A DNA stretch of 10,789 nt from the IMG/VR virus record IMGVR_UViG_3300027974_000025, one strand, 5' to 3'. Below, piece after piece: positions 5,945 through 10,789 of the stretch (the first letter of the stretch is position 1; every line of letters begins with the position of its first letter). Origin of the DNA: a virus (Duplodnaviria > Heunggongvirae > Uroviricota > Caudoviricetes). The position numbers and the translations under genes were made by a program. Under the pieces are notes generated by a model, which saw nothing but the letters and a program-made list of their open reading frames with translations, made no database searches and was not told where the DNA came from.

Positions 5945-5971
5945 AAAAGCCCCAATTAAGGGGCTTTTTTT
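5945..5971. terminator. Bidirectional Rho-independent terminator
   Basis: AAAAGCCCC-AATTAA-GGGGCTTTT inverted repeat (5945-5968). T7 tract at 5965-5971 on +, and an A-rich run upstream giving a T tract on -. It sits in the 34-bp gap between convergent stops. Confidence 0.95.
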
Positions 5972-5975
5972 ATTA

Positions 5976-6509
5976 TTATCTAAGTGCGTTGTAAGTGCTT
6001 AACACTTTAGGAATATAGTTTGAAGTTTTAGATTTGTTGTAACAGTTTTCAGCAAATACACCATCTGCATCCCTTCTATGTATAACAAATCTTTCATCAC
6101 CTACTATTGTTGTATGTACAATGAAGTTGTGACTATCTATGTAGCTTAGTCTAACTTTACTTTGTCTTAATCTAATGCTTCCATCTTTTTCTTCTTGATC
6201 AAAATGAATAAAGTCATTAGTTAAATCTTTAATGTTGTTCCACAGTTCTGGATGTATGATAGTGTCATCGTCATTAAAATAGATGTAACCTTCTGTTACT
6301 AAATCAATTGCTAAATTTCTTTGAGCATTTCCACATACACTACCTGCATCTTTTATACAATAGGCTTCGCATTCAGGAATGCTATCAGGAACAGTGTCTG
6401 AATCAAACACAACAATCCATCTGTAATTTTCTTTAGGTATGTTAATGCTCTCTGCAATTCTATGTAAAAGATGAGGTCTACTACAAGGAGTGATGATGTT
6501 TAAGAACAT
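5976..6509 (-). CDS. Glycosyltransferase, GT2-like (minimal GT-A domain)
   Basis: LNIITPCSRP N-terminal strand, WIVVFD, GNAQRNLAI and YIYFNDDDT are hallmark GT2 motifs. Confidence 0.85.
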   Translation of the reverse strand: MFLNIITPCSRPHLLHRIAESINIPKENYRWIVVFDSDTVPDSIPECEAYCIKDAGSVCGNAQRNLAIDLVTEGYIYFNDDDTIIHPELWNNIKDLTNDFIHFDQEEKDGSIRLRQSKVRLSYIDSHNFIVHTTIVGDERFVIHRRDADGVFAENCYNKSKTSNYIPKVLSTYNALR

Positions 6510-7153
6510 GGTTTGTCGTTTCTATGTAATATTAATAGTTTATCATTGTCCCAACCTGGAGAAAACTTTAAATCATGATTAGCTAAAACAAATGTAGCTG
6601 ATGAAAAGTATTCTTTGATGTGATCTATAGCTTCCATATATCTGTTTTCATCTTCTTTAATGAAGATGTCTTCAATAACAATTGTTCCTCCTGGTTTAAC
6701 ACACTTATAGGCTATGTTTAAAAATCTGATTTGATCTTCAAACACATGCGTTGAATCCTCAATGATGATGTCAAAGAAGTTGGTTTCAGAAAACACAGCT
6801 TTTAAAGACTCTTCACTAGTGATGTCTACATGAATATAGGATGCTCTATCAACCTTGTCATTTATTGCTTTGTCTAATTTGTTTTGGTGATATTCATAGC
6901 CAAACAATAAAGCATTAGGAAAATATTCTCTCCAACATAACATTGAGTTGTTATCTAATATACCCACCTCACCAATTATAAGTTTGTTATAACGTATGTG
7001 TGAGAATATTAAATTATACACAGACGTATAAGCATGTCTATGTAAAGTGGAGTTATTATGATAGGGACACTTGTCTGTAGGATACTTGACAGCAAGTTTA
7101 CACAATTCTGTGTTAGAACTTGTAGAGTCAATAATTAGTTTATTTATCTTCAT
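6500..7153 (-). CDS. Class I SAM-dependent methyltransferase, MycE/sugar O-methyltransferase-like
   Basis: TDK...HAYTSVY...F, IIGEVG (motif I), WREYFPNALLFGYE, FDIIIEDSTH (DDGSH equivalent) and VKPGGTIVIEDI. Confidence 0.85.
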   Translation of the reverse strand: MKINKLIIDSTSSNTELCKLAVKYPTDKCPYHNNSTLHRHAYTSVYNLIFSHIRYNKLIIGEVGILDNNSMLCWREYFPNALLFGYEYHQNKLDKAINDKVDRASYIHVDITSEESLKAVFSETNFFDIIIEDSTHVFEDQIRFLNIAYKCVKPGGTIVIEDIFIKEDENRYMEAIDHIKEYFSSATFVLANHDLKFSPGWDNDKLLILHRNDKPCS

Positions 7154-7895
7154 CTATTTTCTTTTGTAACATTTCTTTATAATCTTTTTCCCAATAAGGA
7201 TTGAGATGAACATTTCCTGTAGGAATTCTTCCCATAGTTCTTTCCATTTCAATGTGATTACTGTGTCTTTGAATAGCATTGAGTTTTCCAGGTTTATCAT
7301 GACCTTGTCCACTCATATGATATCCTCTTCCTCCCCACATATAGAACCAGCTAGCTTCTTCTTTGGGTGGTTTGGCAAACAGTCTACCTCCATACTTATG
7401 TAATGTTTCTATAAACGTCATATCATATCCAGCATTTTCAAGAGGATGTCCCCCTATTGCTTTCCAAGCTGCTTTTCTAAACACAATACCAGAGTTACCT
7501 ATCCAACCAACATTTTCAATACCTGTAATGTGACATAACACTCCTGTCTCCCAATGAAGAATATTAACTTCTTCTGTCATATACTTAGCTACATTCTGTA
7601 AGTGGTTTGGTAGAGCTACGTCATCATCGTCCCATTGACATATAATGTCTCCTTGACATAGTTCTGTAGCATAGTTTTCCTTCTCTCCTATTGTATCAAA
7701 CGTTTTAGGTAAATTAACTATCTTGATTTGAGGATGCTCAAATATAAGAGTTTGTAAGGGATAGTCATTTACTATGATGAGTTCACATCTATCCTTAGGA
7801 TAGTCCTGCTTGAGGAAAGATTCAACACTCTCCTCAAGCGTACTAACTCTTCCATAAGTTATGCACTTACATGATATAAATGGAAGTGGATTCAT
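7140..7895 (-). CDS. Glycosyltransferase family 2
   Basis: ISCKCITYGR, SFLKQDY, ELIIVND, IGEKENYA, ICQWDDDD, GGHPLENAGYD. Confidence 0.9.
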   Translation of the reverse strand: MNPLPFISCKCITYGRVSTLEESVESFLKQDYPKDRCELIIVNDYPLQTLIFEHPQIKIVNLPKTFDTIGEKENYATELCQGDIICQWDDDDVALPNHLQNVAKYMTEEVNILHWETGVLCHITGIENVGWIGNSGIVFRKAAWKAIGGHPLENAGYDMTFIETLHKYGGRLFAKPPKEEASWFYMWGGRGYHMSGQGHDKPGKLNAIQRHSNHIEMERTMGRIPTGNVHLNPYWEKDYKEMLQKKIDEDK

Positions 7896-7896
7896 A

Positions 7897-8184
7897 TTAC
7901 CAGATTTGAATTACATCAAATGGTGATACTAAGATTGCACGTTCATCATCATCATTGATTGGAACCAATGTAGCTTTGTTTAAAGCTGCTGGATCTACCA
8001 ACACCCAATCTCCCACCTTGATTTCTGTAACAATGGTGCCCACTTGTAACACTTTTAACTTAGACATCTTATTAAGCAATTCTCTTTGTAATGCTTCTTT
8101 AGTGTTGTCATCTACAATTAACTTACTTTCTTCATCTTCCTTAGGCATTTCTAAGTAGATTCTGTTTCCTAATAACTTTGGCAT
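7897..8184 (-). CDS. groES: GroES/Cpn10-like co-chaperonin
   Basis: KLLGNRIYLE (cf. PLGDRV), SKLIV mobile-loop remnant, VLQVG...IKVGDWVLV and C-terminal ILVSPFDVIQIW (cf. LIMSESDILAIV). 95 aa. Confidence 0.8.
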   Translation of the reverse strand: MPKLLGNRIYLEMPKEDEESKLIVDDNTKEALQRELLNKMSKLKVLQVGTIVTEIKVGDWVLVDPAALNKATLVPINDDDERAILVSPFDVIQIW

Positions 8185-8186
8185 GA

Positions 8187-8450
8187 TTATTTGTTTAAAT
8201 TGTTAAATCTTATAATGTCTTCACCACGTAATCTAATCTCTGTTTGATAAGTGTGACGTTCTCTTTTGGAACCAACCACTTTACCATTTTTAACATCAGG
8301 TACTTCTTCAGAACGCTCGTAATAATCATCAAATAAGATTAATAGTTCCTCTTCAGAAATTTGCATAGATCTGATCATTTTGTTAAGGTTAAAGCACTCT
8401 GTGTAGTCTTTACCATTTTCTCCTTGTCTTGTAAAAAAGAATAAACTCAT
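8187..8450 (-). CDS. Hypothetical protein
   Basis: ATGA overlap with the upstream gene; 87 aa; no recognised motif. Confidence 0.75.
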   Translation of the reverse strand: MSLFFFTRQGENGKDYTECFNLNKMIRSMQISEEELLILFDDYYERSEEVPDVKNGKVVGSKRERHTYQTEIRLRGEDIIRFNNLNK

Positions 8451-8905
8451 TGTTTTGGTTTTATTTGATTGTAAAATTGTTTTGATAAATGTTGTAATTG
8501 ATATGTATAAACTTCTTCTGTTTCAGGAGATAGTTCTATTCCCACAGCGTGTAACATAGAATATGTTAAATGTAACAGTTCATGATGTACAATAGATGTA
8601 TCTTCAGCACTCTTAGTAGGAAGCCATATTACAAATGTGGTTCCAAGCTCATCAGAAAGAGTTAATCCTCTTGCTTTGAAGTCTTCATTTGTATAGGGCT
8701 CATTTAATATTTGAGTGGCATAACTTGCAGCATAAGCTGTGTCATCTGTAATAATTATATAAGCATCTAGATCAAAGGTGCCACCAGTTATCATAAATTG
8801 TTTTGGTTCTTCCATTTTATCCATGTTTATAATTAATAAACTCATTAAAACTATTACTAACATTATACCTAATACATAAGTAATAATCTTATTTACCATG
8901 CTCAT
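8447..8905 (-). CDS. Membrane-anchored HExxH (zincin-like) protein
   Basis: N-terminal hydrophobic helix IITYVLGIMLVIVLMSLLII; FVIWL strand; IVHHELLHL with downstream EEVYTY. Confidence 0.65.
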   Translation of the reverse strand: MSMVNKIITYVLGIMLVIVLMSLLIINMDKMEEPKQFMITGGTFDLDAYIIITDDTAYAASYATQILNEPYTNEDFKARGLTLSDELGTTFVIWLPTKSAEDTSIVHHELLHLTYSMLHAVGIELSPETEEVYTYQLQHLSKQFYNQIKPKQ

Positions 8906-9539
8906 ATTCTAATATTTTACCCACTATATCACTTCTGTGGTTTTCTTTAAGTTTAATCCATTTGATTTCTTCAATCTTTTTAGACAATTCAATTGCATAA
9001 GCAAGTCCATTTATACTATCTTTAGTATCCTGTTGTTCCATATCACCATTGATGATAATCTTACCAGTTTTACCAAGTCTAGTTAAGATGGCTAACATTT
9101 GTGCTTTAGACAGATTCTGTGCTTCTTCTACAATAAGAACATCATCTACAGTTTTACCTCTAATAAATTGTATAGGATAGGCTAATATTTTTTGTTCAGA
9201 TACTAACTTTTCTAATGTTTCCTTTTCTTTACATTTAGCAAGATTTTCCATAAATGCTTCTAAATAAGGATTAAACTTCTCATCTAATCCTCCAGGAAGA
9301 AAACCTAATGAATTACCCACCTCAATAGTAGCTCTAGTAATAAATATATTATCACATTGCTTCTTTAATAAAAAATCAAGAGCTGTTTGAGCACAAACTA
9401 ATGACTTACCAGAACCTGCTCTACCAGTGACAATTACCACTTGATTTTCTATAATAAGTCTTTTGGCTTCTTTTTGTTCTTCATTAAGCTGTACATTATA
9501 TTTAATCTCCTGTTTACGTTCCCTGTTTGATTCTTTCAT
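8889..9539 (-). CDS. phoH: PhoH-like ATPase
   Basis: LNEEQ, Walker A GRAGSGKS, ITRA, LGFLPG, FIRGKT, VEEAQN, LTRLG and GDMEQQD. Confidence 0.95.
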   Translation of the reverse strand: MKESNRERKQEIKYNVQLNEEQKEAKRLIIENQVVIVTGRAGSGKSLVCAQTALDFLLKKQCDNIFITRATIEVGNSLGFLPGGLDEKFNPYLEAFMENLAKCKEKETLEKLVSEQKILAYPIQFIRGKTVDDVLIVEEAQNLSKAQMLAILTRLGKTGKIIINGDMEQQDTKDSINGLAYAIELSKKIEEIKWIKLKENHRSDIVGKILEYEHGK

Positions 9540-9921
9540 ATTTGAGGTTTAATTGTTCACGTCTTCTGTTTACTTCTTCATATCTATACATATCAGATTC
9601 TACATTACTATGCTCATCTAATGTCAAAAGTATGATATTTTCTTCATCTAATTTAGCTTCAGGGTATTTTTCTTTTGTTAAAATATGATGAAAGAATACA
9701 TGTAATGCTTCAGAGCCTAGATAATCACCACTAACTTCTGACTTATGTGTCCTTTTCTTCCAAATCTGTAAGAAAAGGTTTCTCATTTCATCAATTTGTT
9801 GAATCTGTGGTTCTCTTTTAACAGCATTAAATCCTTTTGTAGCTGTCAAAGGTTTTCTAGGCTTATGTTGAAAACAGTATTCTTTATCACATTTCTTACC
9901 ACAGGTTTTACACGTACCCAT
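9514..9921 (-). CDS. HNH-like nuclease with an N-terminal Cys/His zinc-binding segment
   Basis: CKTCGKKCDKEYCFQH at the N-terminus; FHHIL...YP...EENIILLTLDEH gives His78/His79, Asn95 and His104 in HNH spacing. Confidence 0.65.
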   Translation of the reverse strand: MGTCKTCGKKCDKEYCFQHKPRKPLTATKGFNAVKREPQIQQIDEMRNLFLQIWKKRTHKSEVSGDYLGSEALHVFFHHILTKEKYPEAKLDEENIILLTLDEHSNVESDMYRYEEVNRRREQLNLKYERIKQGT

Positions 9922-10373
9922 TACTTAAGACCAGTTGAACCAAATCCTCCTTCACCTCTTTCAGATTGCTCTAGCTCAGGCACCACTTCAAAAGCTATAG
10001 GTATAACTGGTTCAAAGAATATTTGACCCACTCTATCACCTACATTATAAGGAAATGATGTAGAACCTTCATGAGATCCTAAAGGAACAGGAATTTGTGT
10101 AAATATTGCCATCCACTCTCCTCTATAATCAGCATCAATTATGCCAAAGGAGTTGTTCATCATCCAGAAGTATTTAGTTAAGTTACTGCGTGGAACTAGG
10201 ATGCCTTTATATCCCTTAGGGATTTCAGTTTTAAATCCAAGTCCTACAACCACTTTACCATCTTCTTTACTTGTGATGCTATGTGCGTATACATCATAGC
10301 AAGCAGCATCAGAGGATGCTTTAAATGGCATGTTTGCATCCTCTGTTGTCTTTTGTAGTTTAATTTTCAACAT
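9921..10373 (-). CDS. dut: Trimeric dUTPase
   Basis: All five motifs: ACYDV, PRSNL, GIIDADYRGE, GDRVGQ and RGEGGFGSTG. Confidence 0.97.
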   Translation of the reverse strand: MLKIKLQKTTEDANMPFKASSDAACYDVYAHSITSKEDGKVVVGLGFKTEIPKGYKGILVPRSNLTKYFWMMNNSFGIIDADYRGEWMAIFTQIPVPLGSHEGSTSFPYNVGDRVGQIFFEPVIPIAFEVVPELEQSERGEGGFGSTGLK

Positions 10374-10789
10374 TTGCTAATTCAATTTTAGGTTCAATTT
10401 GTTTAATCTTGTTAATTATACTTTGTTTAATCTCAGTATAGAATTCTTCATTGTCTAACAACATGCGTTTGAATTCGTCAAGGTTGTATTTGATTTCATT
10501 GAATGTCATTGTCTGACCATACTTTCTACCAAGTTCATACTCATTCAATAAGTCCATGATTTCTTTCACTTTATCAATACCTACACCATAGACAATCTCA
10601 AAACTAGTCATTCTAAATGGAGGACTCATTCTATTCTTAGCACACTTCACTTTAGTAATATTACCATAAGTTACATCACCATCTTTAGCAGCTGACTTGC
10701 TCACTTCTATACGAGCATCAGATGCAAACTTCAATGCATGACCACCTTGTGTAGTGGTGGGGTTACCAAACATAACACCAATTTTCTCT
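10360..10789 (-). CDS. recA: RecA recombinase, C-terminal part (5'-truncated by the window edge)
   Basis: The frame stays open to the window edge: EKIGVMFGNPTTTQGGHALKFASDARIEV (L2 loop), KVKCAKNRMSPPFR and IVYGVGID. Confidence 0.95.
   Translation of the reverse strand, partial: EKIGVMFGNPTTTQGGHALKFASDARIEVSKSAAKDGDVTYGNITKVKCAKNRMSPPFRMTSFEIVYGVGIDKVKEIMDLLNEYELGRKYGQTMTFNEIKYNLDEFKRMLLDNEEFYTEIKQSIINKIKQIEPKIELANVEN

Noticed and set aside
9514-9921. HNH gene as a mobile homing endonuclease or intron
   Set aside because: It is coupled to its neighbours (TAATG with dut), interrupts no gene, and has no flanking intron-like non-coding sequence.
7206-10026. Plus-strand ORFs 7206-7403, 7955-8158 and 9796-10026
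   Set aside because: Antisense to GT2, GroES and the HNH/dUTPase genes; no independent support.
1-10789. tRNA, rRNA, riboswitch or other ncRNA genes
   Set aside because: The largest intergenic gap is 37 bp and no cloverleaf or structured RNA is evident besides the terminator.
1-10789. Cellular chromosome origin (suggested by recA, dut, phoH and groES)
   Set aside because: The genes are divergent from cellular orthologues, groES lacks an adjacent groEL, genes are tightly overlapped, and they are interspersed with small phage-type basic proteins. A phage origin fits better, though no capsid or terminase gene is in the window.

Overview
An AT-rich, almost fully coding fragment that reads as part of a large tailed dsDNA bacteriophage (standard genetic code), very probably infecting a Bacteroidota host. 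Host clues are a TTTG-N20-TATCTTTG promoter and A-rich leaders with no Shine-Dalgarno sequence. Two convergent gene blocks meet at a bidirectional intrinsic terminator (5945-5971). The + block (1-5941) holds a truncated GT-A glycosyltransferase with GT95/GT96-like motifs, a protein with a mucin-like Thr/Ser tail, a Dps/ferritin-like protein, two hypotheticals, seven small Lys-rich basic proteins (one missing from the ORF track), an LCIB/theta-type carbonic anhydrase homologue and an HExxH protein. The - block (10789-5976) holds recA (truncated), dUTPase, an HNH-like protein, PhoH, a membrane-anchored HExxH protein, a hypothetical, a GroES-like co-chaperonin and a GT2 / sugar O-methyltransferase / GT2 trio. 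The most interesting signal is an ungapped ~33-aa N-terminal module (15/33 identical) shared by the mucin-like protein and the carbonic anhydrase homologue. It suggests a modular, possibly glycosylated, virion-display system. All family assignments come from motif recognition by eye; no database search was run.
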